Below are positions 52,595 through 64,000 of a stretch of 64,000 bases of DNA, piece after piece (within the stretch, counting starts at the first letter, position 1; every line of letters starts with the position of its first letter). The position numbers were made by a program, and so were the translations under genes. Under the pieces are notes generated by a model. It saw only the letters and a list, made by a program, of their open reading frames with translations, was not told the DNA's origin and made no database searches. Location: contig NW_021832440.1 of assembly GCF_006345805.1 (NCBI RefSeq), forward strand, positions 1 through 64,000. The letters are read 5' to 3'. This stretch comes from Octopus sinensis. Lineage: Eukaryota.

Positions 52595-53849
52595 TTAAGC
52601 AAAGAAAGACCGGGGAGGAAGATCTTCATCCAATTCGCTCTCACAATCGATAATATCATCATCTACTCCCCAGAAGATTTCCCCTCTATTAATAAAGTAC
52701 AATCGAGAACAGAAATGAAGTACGAAATACTTCACGGTAACTCCAACTCGGCTCGAACTCGAAGGAATATAACCATCCAAGTGCAGAAACCACGTGGAGT
52801 ACCATATGCCCCACAGTCCTAGCGTCAACACACTAAAGTACCCAGTCATCAACACATTGGTCTGGTATCCGGGACCACAAGGTATTTTGACAGTGCAGAC
52901 ACTCCTGGGATGGGAGGTAGTTTGCGAGTACTCCCCAGGCAGTAGACGAATGAGGGATCTCCCCAAATTAGTGGCTGTATCCCACCATGTGTTCGGAGTG
53001 GTAATCTCACTGGTGGACAGAAGAGGAAATATGTGCACGGAATCAGTGTTGGAAGAAACGACCAAAAAGTCAAAGTTAAAAAAGAAGAGGCAAGTGATTT
53101 TTGCGGGTCTTTGATTTATGTGCGAAAATACCTCAAAAGTCCTCTTACAAACTCGAAGATGAGCATTTGTTCGTTAAGACTATACACGCGAATGAGTTTT
53201 CCCTACAAATAATGAAAGCACTAAACAGAGAGAGGAGCCACAGCCAAATAGTAGAGATGCCGCGACAGTGCCAGAGCAGATATAGATTCTGTAAAACACG
53301 GAAACGAAGGGCAATAATTATCACCCCCAATTTTCCTAGCCCCCACGGAACCAGCATGATCGTAACACGGGTAGACCACAATGTCATTCCGGATTGCCTG
53401 TGCAGAAGAGTCGGGGTCGACGTCGGAAATGACACTCCCTCGAGGAGTGAAATCCCTGGAATGAAAAGCGTGAATTCTGGAAGATACTTTAATAATAACA
53501 GTCTATATATGTATTACAATATATACTTTGTTATCGACATCAATGGCCGATATTTCAGCAGTGAATGTGACTCCCTTTAATGTCTTTTGAGTGTCGAGTT
53601 CGTAAACATGTAGGATTCTCGGCTTCTCGCTTGTTACAAAATAAACAATATTTTCATCAGAGTTGAAAGCAATGAGGGAAACGTTGACGGGTTCATTTTG
53701 GCTGTCTGAGTGAATGAGTTGCAGGTTATTGGCCGCATAGTTAAACACTCCGTACCCTTTGCTTGTGGCTACGCAAAGATATCTGGGAGAATTAGAGCGA
53801 GATTTTACCTGTTCGTTTGTGAGAGACAAAGATTATTTACTTGCACCAT
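52595..53849 (-). CDS. WIPI/Atg18 PROPPIN WD40 protein
   Basis: GKLIRVYSL..FEFVRG and VSSNTDSVHIF; N-terminal YLCVATSKGYGVF; micro-introns. Confidence 0.8.
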
Positions 53850-53994
53850 TTTATTACACCATAATTACAGAATAATTTTATTTCGATGTTGGGTTATTAA
53901 TTTTTTGATTATTATTTATAATTAAATTTATACTTTACTGTAATTAAAAATTTTTAAATTTATTTTAGTCATAAATCAAAACTTTTCTATCAAT

Positions 53995-54560
53995 ACCGCC
54001 TGGCCTGTCTCCTTGCATGGTCCCAAAAGTATTCAGGAGCCCGGCTGACAGCCATCCCAATGGCGCCAGTCGGGACGTTACTGGATAACAAATGCCTACG
54101 CATTGCAGTTTTTCCTGCGCCTTGAATCGAAAATCTGCCGTGAGCATCAATGCCGGTGTAGTCAGACGGTTGACACCTTGGGACTACACCCGGTATCCTG
54201 CCGTCGTAGCGCTGGCCGTTTCCCCCGCCACTCTGGGCTTAATTATGTGGTAATCCGTGCCCTGACATCTACGGGATACCCTAATGTGTTGAAACCAGTC
54301 GTGTTGAATCGCGGAGATGGAAAGCGCCCAGATGGCATGACAACATTTCGTTTCGACCACCGGAAATGCCTCATCTGGGACGCGACATGCTCCGAAACTT
54401 TCTTTCCCAACAATCCGATCTCGTCAGTTACTGGCGGCAAAACTCGCAGACCTCAGAAAATCAAGAAAATATTCGTCCTTGGCCAGAAATCAAATTTTTG
54501 CGTCAATAGCCGTCGAGGCATTCATCGGGGGTAATCGGTCTGGAATCACTTTTTTTCCTT
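53995..54560 (+). mobile_element. CRE 3' fragment
   Basis: HQCRC, HPVSC, GKRPDG and WDATC motifs. Confidence 0.8.
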
Positions 54561-55384
54561 CTTCGGCTGGGGATAAAGATTGCAAAGAAAAGCAAAATTG
54601 ATGACAACAGAGACGATAGTTGGATTCAAGAGAAAATATATTTAGATGTTTCAAATATCAATGAAGATCCAGAAGTCGAACAGTAATTTTACAGAAAAAT
54701 GATTTGGCAAGTAACGCTTTTTTATAAATTATGATAGACGAGCAACAAGAATTATTTGATTCTAATTTCCAACCGATTAAGTTAGATGAAAGGTTGGTGG
54801 TAGCAGATTGGACTGAATGAGTTTTTAATTTTTAAACTTTTTGATTCCCCATATTGGCGATATAGATGCAGATGCAAGCATTTGACCACATCGTTTTGGC
54901 GTCTAAGATACGAGCTGTTAAGCATTGCCCAAATTTGGTAACAAGGTGATCGACGGTCTTTTTGGATAAGTTGAAGTGGCTGCGTTTATTATCTCCTTTA
55001 TTGAAAAACAAGTTTTGGTTTTGCAGCAGGCGCAGGCGTGCTTCAGTCCGGGGGAATTGTTGCCGTAGATTAGCCACTCGCAAGGCTCATTAACTTTAGT
55101 ATTCTTTAAACAAAATAGAGTGCAAAAGCTTTTTTTCGATTTTTTCATAAATATTTACGTTGGATTTCCATGAGTTCCAATATTGTCGATTTATTTACAT
55201 TCTCATTGTAGAGATAAATTATAAAACAATGATATATTATTCAACAAAAAATAACCAAGATAAATGAAAGAAAGAAAAATTTTACAACGAAGTGATTCTA
55301 AACTTGCAAGAGAAAGCCATTTTTTCCGAAGATGAGTGCATAGTATTTCCCTTCTCATAAAACATTGTTTATGTTTTCAACTAC

Positions 55385-56085
55385 TTTTTAGGTAGTCAGA
55401 AAGGATGGATCGGCAATTTCAGAATATCTAAAGAGTATTTTTTGTTTGTGCTGAACGCACCAATGATGAGCCTTGAAGAAAGCATAAAAAGTCGGATCAC
55501 TCCTGGGTGACTCTGAAAATATCACCCATAGAAAGATATTATCGATCGCTGCGTATAACAAATTTTTGAACATTTGGAGATTAAGGAAACTGAATACAAA
55601 GACAAAACTAAAGATATATAACACGTTTATTGTTCCTGTCTTGACGTATAACGGATCGACATGGGGAATGACCAAAACTGATATGAACAGTTTGAACCAA
55701 TTTCATCGAAATCAACTGAGAAGAATTATGAACATACAATTCCCAAGAAAAATATCTAACTCGGCCTTATACAACAGATCTAACTCGAGACCGATCTCCA
55801 TGGACATCCTGGAATCTAGATGGAGACTTTTTGGGCACATACTGAGACTGGACAACCTCGCTCCGCCGAACATCGCCATGGAAAACTATTTTGCCCAATC
55901 CAAAGGAGCTTTCCGTGGAAGACCTAGAGTCACTCTACCTACCGCGTTAAACGAAGACTTGACAGGAGTAAACAAAAGACTGAAAAGTGGGGACGATCTT
56001 GATTCATTACGGACTATAGCAAAGAACAGGGGGCATGGAAACCGATGTGTGTGAGGATACTGGCTGTGGCACAAGGAAAACTTAA
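55385..56085 (+). mobile_element. RTE-like LINE 3' fragment
   Basis: TKLKIYNTFIVPVLTYN..TW, RWRLFGHILR and RGRPR motifs. Confidence 0.8.
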
Positions 56086-56317
56086 TTAAATTTATGATTT
56101 TCCGACAATGCTATATAATAATAATTTTCTGTTTGTCAATGAAAAAGTCATCAATGTACTTCGTCTTAGCCGCTTCATTTAAACCCAAAGCGTAATTAAA
56201 ATGACGTTTTTAATTCACCATAAAAGTCACCTTCACGAGAATTTAGGTCACTAGGTCACCACACTGATCGCTATTGCAACATATTATTATCATAACCAAA
56301 CAAGATATGTAAGAATA

Positions 56318-56947
56318 TTAGAAAAAATAAGCTCCAAGGAAAAACGAGACAATTACCAGGAGGAGAAGTAGAGCATATGAAACAGGAGAGGACTGAGGAA
56401 GGGCCGCTTTGCTCAACACATCCCTCGCCCTTTCATTTTCCTCGACTGTCCTTTCCAATTCAGCCTTGGAGACCTTCAATCTTTCCCTCAACTCGACTGA
56501 CTCACGATGTTCAGATTCAACCGCTGTGGACAAATTCTCGTCCGGGAAAGAAATTAGAAATTGTTTGGAGACAATATCCTTGGGAGATATTTCGTCCCAC
56601 TTTATCTTGGCCTCTGGAAGAGCCCTGACTGCTTGGATAAGAAATCGGTGTTTCGTTGAGTTCTCAGATGAGTCGGAGGGTTGCCAAGTCACTAGCTTTA
56701 TTCTACTCTTAGAAAATACCAGAAATATTGATTTGTTCTTGAGGGGCCAAACAACCTCCGTTGGGACGGACGGAGTAGTTCTTTGGCATTGTCGTCTTAA
56801 CTTTGAATTGGATGGAATACTCCTTGGAATTGTTAGTAAGTGTTACTGAGGCTGTTTGACCAGTCGCCCGACCGACTGAAAGTAAAAAATTTGTTATTTA
56901 CATTGGAACGTAGGAAATTCGGGTGAAATACTCACCAGAGAAGACAT
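56318..56947 (-). CDS. VAP: VAP (VAMP-associated protein): MSP domain, coiled coil, C-terminal TM
   Basis: FKVKTTMPKNYSVRPN, KHRFLIQ, coiled coil and tail anchor YALLLLLVIVSFFLGAYFF. Confidence 0.88.
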
Positions 56948-57184
56948 TGTAATAGTTTTGAATTTTATTTAATTAATTAATGATTACTCTTTTACTGGTT
57001 AATATTATATTAATAAAAAATTATAGTATCTCAATATAATTTCAGCGAATGAATTTTGAGTGACGTATTTTTTGAAGCCTTTCTCTTAAAAAAATTTAAA
57101 TAGTACAAAAATTGTTACTTTACTTAAAAAATTAATTAAAAAACAAATTTATAAATAAAATATAATTAACTAATTTTCTTTTTG

Positions 57185-57452
57185 ATGTGGGTCTTTCTTT
57201 GGTTATTAGAATTTGTGACGAGCAAAGGGGAATCAGATGAACCAAAACCTTTACTAGTTCTTGGTATTGTCGCACTGTTTATGAGTCCTTTCCTATTGGT
57301 TCTCATATATATGTTCAAGAGGCGTATTGTAGAGCAATCTCAGGTGCAGCTTTATTTGGTTATTTAATTAGGACACTTCTCCTGATAATTATTCCACCGT
57401 CGACCAACCTCTTTCACAAGTATATCGTCGTCGTGCTCCCCGTCTTGATTAA
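57185..57452 (+). CDS. 79-aa single-pass membrane microprotein
   Basis: Hydrophobic N-terminus, TM LLVLGIVALFMSPFLLVLIYMF, KRR stop-transfer, 28-nt intron at 57344-57371 and tail DNYSTV..RRRAPRLD. Confidence 0.6.
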
Positions 57453-57603
57453 ATATATCAACATTTTTATCTATTTTGGTCATTTCATTAAAAAATTATT
57501 GCTTTTATTTATTTAATAAATTGAGATTGTTTTCGCGGCTAAATTACTTTTAAATACAGTGAATCCTCGCAAATTGGCCACCTCGCAAATTGGCCAATTT
57601 TTA

Positions 57604-58304
57604 AATTACGCAAATCTTGCTGAAAATTTTAAAACGCCAGAATAAGGTATATAAAAAGGATTTAGACGAGCTGTAAAAAGCGCATATTATCCAGAAATAT
57701 TTCAAACTGATCCCCTGAAAAAATGAGCTCGATTGATATCACACACGTGGAGAACTGAGAAGGGATCTTTTAATTACGCAAATCTTGCTGAAAATTTTAA
57801 AACGCCAGAATAAGGTATATAAAAAGGATTTAGACGAGCTGTAAAAAGCGCATATTATCCAGAAATATTTCAAACTGATCCCCTGAAAAAATGAGCTCGA
57901 TTGATATCATACACGTGGAGAACTGAGTAGGGATCTTTATAATTACGCAAATCTTGCTGAAAATTTTAAAACGCCAGAATAAGTATATAAAAAGGATTTA
58001 GACGAGCTGTAAAAAGCGCATATTATCCAGAAATATTTCAAACTAATCCGCTGAAAAAATGAGCTCGATTGATATCACACACGTGGAGAACTGAGTAGGG
58101 ATCTTTATAATTACGCAAATCTTGCTGAAAATTTTAAAACGCCAGAATAGATATATAAAAAGGATTTAGACGAGCTGTAAAAAGCGCATATTATCCAGAA
58201 ATATTTCAAACTGATCCCCTGAAAAAATGAGCTCGATTGATATCACACACGTGGAGAACTGAGTAGGGATCTTTATAATTACGCAAATCTTGCTGAAAAT
58301 TTTA
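57604..58304. repeat. Tandem array of ~168-bp units, about 4.2 copies
   Basis: aattacgcaaatcttgctgaaaattttaaa starts at 57604, 57772, 57941, 58109 and 58277. Confidence 0.97.
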
Positions 58305-58331
58305 AAGAAAATAAACTATTTTTTTAATCAC

Positions 58332-59778
58332 ATGTCTTATAAAATTTCTCGTGGACGTTATACTCGGCTCACTTTTCTTGAAAAAACACAAATTATAAAC
58401 TACAAGGAAGAAAATGACAGTGTTTCGTGTCAGCTTCTGGCTGACAGATTCTCACATTTATTCCACAAGACGATCTCGAGAAAGACGATCAATAATCTAC
58501 TGCTTAATAAAGACTCTATTTTACGGGATTCGAAAATCTATCAAAATTCGTATAAAGCTGCTCACAAACCAAAATTTCCTACGCTTGAAGAAAAATTGAT
58601 CGAATGGATGGATACAATAGAGTCTAAAGGTATTAATTGAAAACCAATTTTTAGGTGGTTTTTTGAATGATTCCTTAATATCGTGTAAGGCTGCGCATTT
58701 TGCCGAAGAGCTACAACTTAGTAACTTTAAAAATTCTAATGGATTTCTGGCAAAATTCAAAAAGAGACACGGTTTTAGAATGCTAAAATTACATGGAGAG
58801 ATGCGAACAGATAAAGTAGTTGACATTAATTCTTTTCGTGAAGAATTTAAAGAAATTTCTAAATCGTATAAGCCTGATCTAATTTATAATTTGGATGAAA
58901 CTGCATTATACTACAAGCTTATTCCATCGAAAAGCGTATGCAGAAACCGATTCCAAGGATACAAAAATTTTAAAGACCGTGTGTCTATTATGCTTTGTTC
59001 AAACATGACCGGAAGTCATAAATTGAAACCTGTGATGATTGGAAAACCAAAAATGCCTAGATGTTTTAAAAATTTTGACTATGGATGTCTTGTCTCATAT
59101 TATAGCTCACAGAAAGCTTGGATGACTGGATCTATTTTTATTGATTGGATTATTAGCTTTGATCTCCAGCTTAAAATTAAAAAGAAGAAAATTTTATTGC
59201 TAATAGACCACTGTCCTGCACATTCTATTCCTCAAAACTTGGATTGTATTAAGATTTTATTTTTTCCTAAAAATTCTACTGGATTACTACAACCAATGGA
59301 TATTGGAATTATAAAAACCTTCAAGACTCATTTCATGAGAAGAAAGCTACAGTACTTAACTGATTTGCTGGAGACTGAAAATATTTCTGTATACAATTCA
59401 TACAAAAAATTGACATTAAAAGATGCAATTTTGTTTGTTAATATGGCTTGGGATGACGTATCTACTGAAACTATTCAAAATTGTTTTAAGATTTTAAATG
59501 AATCTAATCACGAAAATACATTAATTGAACATTATGAGACTGAAATTGAAAGAACTGACATTTTCGATCCTCTAATGAGCGAAGATTTTCTAAATATCGA
59601 AAACACAGAAGATCAAGATATAAACGAAAATTGTTTACAAGAGGATCAAGAGTCTGAAATTAGCGACGAAGAGACAAAAATCATATATCCACTCGATAGA
59701 AAAGATATTGCAAAGACATTAACTAGAATAGAAAGGCAACTTTACTGTAATGCAGAAAATGAGAATGATGTTTGCTGA
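58332..59778 (+). CDS. pogo/Tigger transposase (CENP-B HTH + DD30D), 2 exons
   Basis: A 25-nt intron at 58630-58654 joins the two ORFs in frame; NLDET, LIDHCPAH, LQPMD. The true C-terminus may extend to about 59863. Confidence 0.93.
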
Positions 59779-60049
59779 TTACTGCAATAAGAAAATACAA
59801 AGAAAATGTAAAAAGAGCAAATAAAAAGGAATTAGGGATTGAATTTTATTTTAATAAAATTTAAACGTGTTTATTTTATTTTTTAAATATTGATTTTTTT
59901 CAAATTGGCCATTTTCTCAAATTGGCCATAAAATCTCTATGTACCAAAAATGGCCAATTTGCGAGGATTCACTGTATATTATTTTATTAGGTAAGTGCTC
60001 CAATTATTAAAATTAAAATCATCAATTTTTAATAAATTAATGGCTTAAG

Positions 60050-60930
60050 CATCAAATTTTGGTTTCCAAAGTTTTATCTTGGCTTAAGGGTTACGTCTCT
60101 CCTTTCGACCATTGTTCTAAACAACCTTATTCTTCAAACGGGGTACTGAAAGGTTCCGTACTGTCTCTGACCTTGTTTAACCTATATTTTACTTCCCGGG
60201 CTTGACCCGAAAAAATTGACGTTTTCTTTATCAGACGATATTATTATTGCCTCAAAATAGAATTGTCCTCAGTTTTGAACTGACCATGTCCTACGACAAA
60301 TATCTTTCAAACATTTCAGACAAGGCAAACAGGCTTAAAAGCATTCTAAAGCCAATAAGTGGTTTCATCACTGGTGTACAGAACATTTCAAGAAAATTTA
60401 AATATGAAAGAAGCAGAATTCCTATTCGCTTCCCGTGACTCCTACTAGCCTTGCACTGCTTTAAACATGTTAAATGACAATGGCCGTGCACTAAAAAATA
60501 CGCCTGCTAAACAATATTCCCAGGTCCTTGCTAAAATAAATTGCCTGAACCAATGTTCACAGCCAATGAAAAAATTTACGATTTTATTTCACGTCGCCAA
60601 TTCTAAGGCTGACGCCTAATTCCGTCCTCACAAACTTTCAGCGGGAGTTTACTTTTCCGAAATGCTTCTGGAGCCTTTCTCGTTTCTGTTTGAGTCATCA
60701 TTACTCATTAAACTTCTACACTCACATAAAGAACGACTCGATCTCTCCTGTCTGTAACCTTTGCTGTGTCGACAACCACTCAACTGATCACCTTTTCGCT
60801 GCCCTGGTCTTCTCCATATTCGTAGAAGACTTGCGTCGTTTGAAAGCAGCCCGTGAAGGCGCTGTTGTTTCTGCTAGCCGCTGTTCTCATATACTGATGT
60901 GTTGACCAGGGTTATGCAACAAAAACAATC
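60050..60930 (+). mobile_element. Jockey-like LINE 3' remnant
   Basis: GSVLSLTLFNLY, SPVCNLC..HSTDHLF and a caacaa-like tail. Confidence 0.6.
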
Positions 60931-61603
60931 GGTGTTGGTTTTGGGAACTGACACAGACTCGGGTAGGGTGAAGAGAAAAAGAATCGGATAGTTATTTCCC
61001 CCCAACTTGACTATCATGTAAAGAAGACAGCAGCTATTGCTGATTACTCACAGAGATCTCAAGCGCTGACGTTCTAGTAGAAAAACTGTGGACATGAGAC
61101 AAGATGCTGTATCCAATTTAAATGAACCAAAGTTTGAGCAATTCTGATTCCGCAAGATCAGTTGAATTGATTGAGAGTACCACTAATAACACAACCCAAA
61201 TTACAATTATACGACTACTTTTGTATACTAAGATTGTTCTAACTAAAAGACCGACGATTCTCCCCAGTCGGCAAAATTTATAAAATTTTTAAACTTTTCA
61301 GGAAATTAATCTCCAAATATTTAGCATTTAGTATAGTATCCGATTGGATCTCAAAGAATTCCATTTGTAAACTTTTATCTGAAGTGAAAAAATCAAAAGC
61401 AAATGGTGCTGCGAGTAGTACAAATTCCCGTTTAAAAGACGAGAAATCACCGAATCTTTCATAAAATTTCTTAAAAAATCAAGTTTTATTTTATACATGA
61501 AAAAATTCATTACACTCTGTGCACCAAAAGTACTCTTGAGCTTTTTAAAGTAGGAAAATAAGCCGAATCTTCATTTAATAGCTGAAACTTTTATAATTTC
61601 ATT

Positions 61604-62924
61604 TCTTAATAATAAAATGGTATGGTGTGTGTCTGTCTGTCTGTCTGTCTGTGTGTGCACACCAACTTCAAATTGGCAATACGATGTCCTCGACTTACAT
61701 GATGAGGTCCTTAAAACCTTCCCCCCAAAAAAATTAAAAAAAAATTTTCTGCATTTTGGTTAAAATGAAAACTACAATGTCCTCGACTTACATGATGAAG
61801 TCCTTAAAACCTTCCCCCCAAAAAAATTAAAAAAAAGTTTTCTGCATTTTGTGTTTAAATGAACAACTACAATGTCCTCGACTTACATGATGAAGTCCTT
61901 AAAACCTTCCCCCCAAAAAAAATTAAAAAAAATTAATTTCTGCATTTTGGTTAAAATGAACAACTACAATGTCCTCGACTTACATGACGAAGTCCTTAAA
62001 ACCTTCCCCCCAAAAAAATAAAAAAAAATTTTCTGCATTTTGGTAAAATGAACAACTACAATGTCCTCGACTTACATGATGAAGTCCTTAAAACCTTCCC
62101 CCCAAAAAAAATTAAAAAAAAGTTTTCTGCATTTTGGTTAAAATGAACAACTACAATGTCCTCGACTTACATGATGAAGTCCTTAAAGCCTTCCCCCAAA
62201 AAAAAACTAAAAAAAAGTTTTCTGCATTTTGGTTAAAATGAACAACTACAATGTCCTCGACTACATGATGAAGTCCTTAAAACCTTCCCCCCAAAAAAAT
62301 TAAAAAAAAATTTTCTGCATTTTGGATAAAATGAACAACTACGATGTCCTCGACTTACATGATGAGGTCCTTAAAACCTTCCCGCCAAAAATCAAAATTA
62401 TTTTCTGCATTTGATTAAAATGAACAACGTTAATGTCCTCGACATTCATGATGAGGTCCATTAAAACTTCGAGGCAAAAATCTCACGTATTAAGAATATC
62501 CTTGATGAAAACGACAGCGAGAATATTAACAAAGATGAACTCCCAATTATTCGCGATAAAGAAATTCAATTCATCCTATGTTTTTCTCTTTAAAATTAAT
62601 GCATATATCATTATCGACCATGAATCAAAATTAAAGCTATTATCATATTTGACTTTGACAGAATGTGCAATCACAGATTGCACGACTTTGAATAGAGTGT
62701 GCAATTAACAGATTTTGAAAAACCACTTTGATAGTTGAAACCACATTAGTACAATCATTAACACAATTTACCACCAATTGACGCACGACCTTGAATAGAG
62801 TGTGCAATTAACAGATTTTGAAAAACACTTTGATAGTTGAAACCACATTAGCACACCATTAACACAATTTACCACCAATTGACAGCGCAATCAGAAGAAT
62901 TTGCGTAAAAATATTAACTATTTA
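61604..62924 (+). mobile_element. Second Helitron copy (5' part) with the ~94-bp array, interrupted by a pogo
   Basis: Reverse complement of about 28271-29622; array at about 61680-62470. Confidence 0.9.
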
Positions 62925-64000
62925 CAGTCCGACCCCCAAATGGGGCACCAAGTGCCCCAAAATGCGGGGGTGCCCCAAAAACAGGGTTTGTTATTTTTTT
63001 AAAAATTAACCATTAATAACATCAAAAAACATTTTTACTAAAATATTCATTATTTTCTTTTATTTGTAGAGTTTTGTCTGATATTGTTCGTCAATTTCAG
63101 CCGAAAATCAAAAAAATCTCGGAGCATACTTGGTTGCAACATTAGAAATTTTTTCTTCTAAATTGTTAAGCAGATCTTTTGTTTTTGCTACGACATTTTC
63201 ACTATTTTCGGTTTCTGAATATGTATCATAACATTATTGTTCATGTCTTCGCATTCTCCATCAATTGTTTCGTTAACAACTTGATCTAAATGTTCATCTG
63301 TTAGACAGTTTTTTGTTGCTAAGAAATCACGGTTCCTGTCGATTTTCTTCCAACAATTAACAATACTTTTAGCATCTATTTTCTCCCATCCTTTTGAAAT
63401 TAGCATCATAACCTGACGCAAATTTAATTTACCATAGAATGTGTAAAATCGTTTTCGAAATCTTGAAAACATAAAAATTCCATTAAGAAAAGGAATAATA
63501 ATCTTTAAAATCTGATTATTCCCATATCCAAAGGTTGTAAATAGGGCGTTGTATTTTTCGGCAAAAATAAAAATTCGATGTTCGAACATTCGGCAGTTTT
63601 ATGGCATCCCGCATTGTCAAGTATTAATAATATTTTTCTGTTGTTTTTGCAAAACGATTCATTTATAAGTGTAGCCAACTCATAAAAGTCTTTCCAGTCA
63701 TCCATGCATTTTGAGAAGATGCATACAAAACCCCAAATCTTGAACATCAAAATTTTTTTAGACACCGAGGTTTTTTATATTTTCCAATAATCAATGGATT
63801 AAGTTTTTCCCCGATTAAACTGCAGCATAGAAGAACAGTGAGTCTTTCTTTCCCTGTTTATAACCAAAACACGGTTCGCCTTGTTCAACAAATGATTTTT
63901 GAGGAGTTCTTTTATAAAAAGCGCATTTCATCACAATTAAATATATTCTCAGGTCCATATTTTAATACTTTCTGGTCATATTTTTCAAAATAATTTTTCA
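62925..64000 (-). mobile_element. pogo/Tigger element (continues beyond the window)
   Basis: TA|CAGTCCGACCCC end; NCDE, LILDNAGCH and LQPLDMGII motifs. Confidence 0.85.

Larger units (their letters stand above)
57558..59974 (+). mobile_element. Full-length pogo/Tigger transposon
   Basis: Perfect TIR CAGTGAATCCTCGCAAATTGGCCA with TA TSD. Confidence 0.95.

Noticed and set aside
54590-55200. Cys-rich ORFs as a host gene
   Set aside because: Frameshifted and resembling a transposase N-terminus (possibly Merlin-like); too degraded to call.
61695-61715. Box C (ATGATGA) in each 94-bp unit as a snoRNA array
   Set aside because: No box D (CTGA) or terminal stem is present in the unit.

Overview
AT-rich, transposon-dense eukaryotic (metazoan) genomic DNA, not prokaryotic. 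Genes are split by very short spliceosomal introns (mostly 20-34 nt), so the ORF track misses or fragments most of them. This suggests a genome-reduced parasite such as a dicyemid, orthonectid or myxozoan (inference). Host genes reconstructed by hand: actin, a secreted EPN C-type lectin, an SLC9A Na+/H+ exchanger, a very divergent proteasome beta-type subunit (absent from the ORF track), an orphan Cys/His protein, a Myc-like bHLH, MRG15, a reduced Smad, LanC-like protein, WIPI/Atg18, VAP and a 79-aa single-pass membrane protein. Decayed ABCG and UMPS copies are also present. Much of the remainder is mobile DNA: a Ginger2/TDD-like integrase transposon, CRE-clade restriction-endonuclease retrotransposons, nested Buster-type hATs, pogo/Tigger, Tc1-like and Merlin-like elements, non-autonomous Helitrons carrying a ~94-bp tandem array, and RTE/Jockey/R4-like LINE debris. 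Many otherwise intact frames carry 1-nt shifts, several at homopolymers, which may be sequencing error. Family assignments come from motif recognition only; no searches were run.
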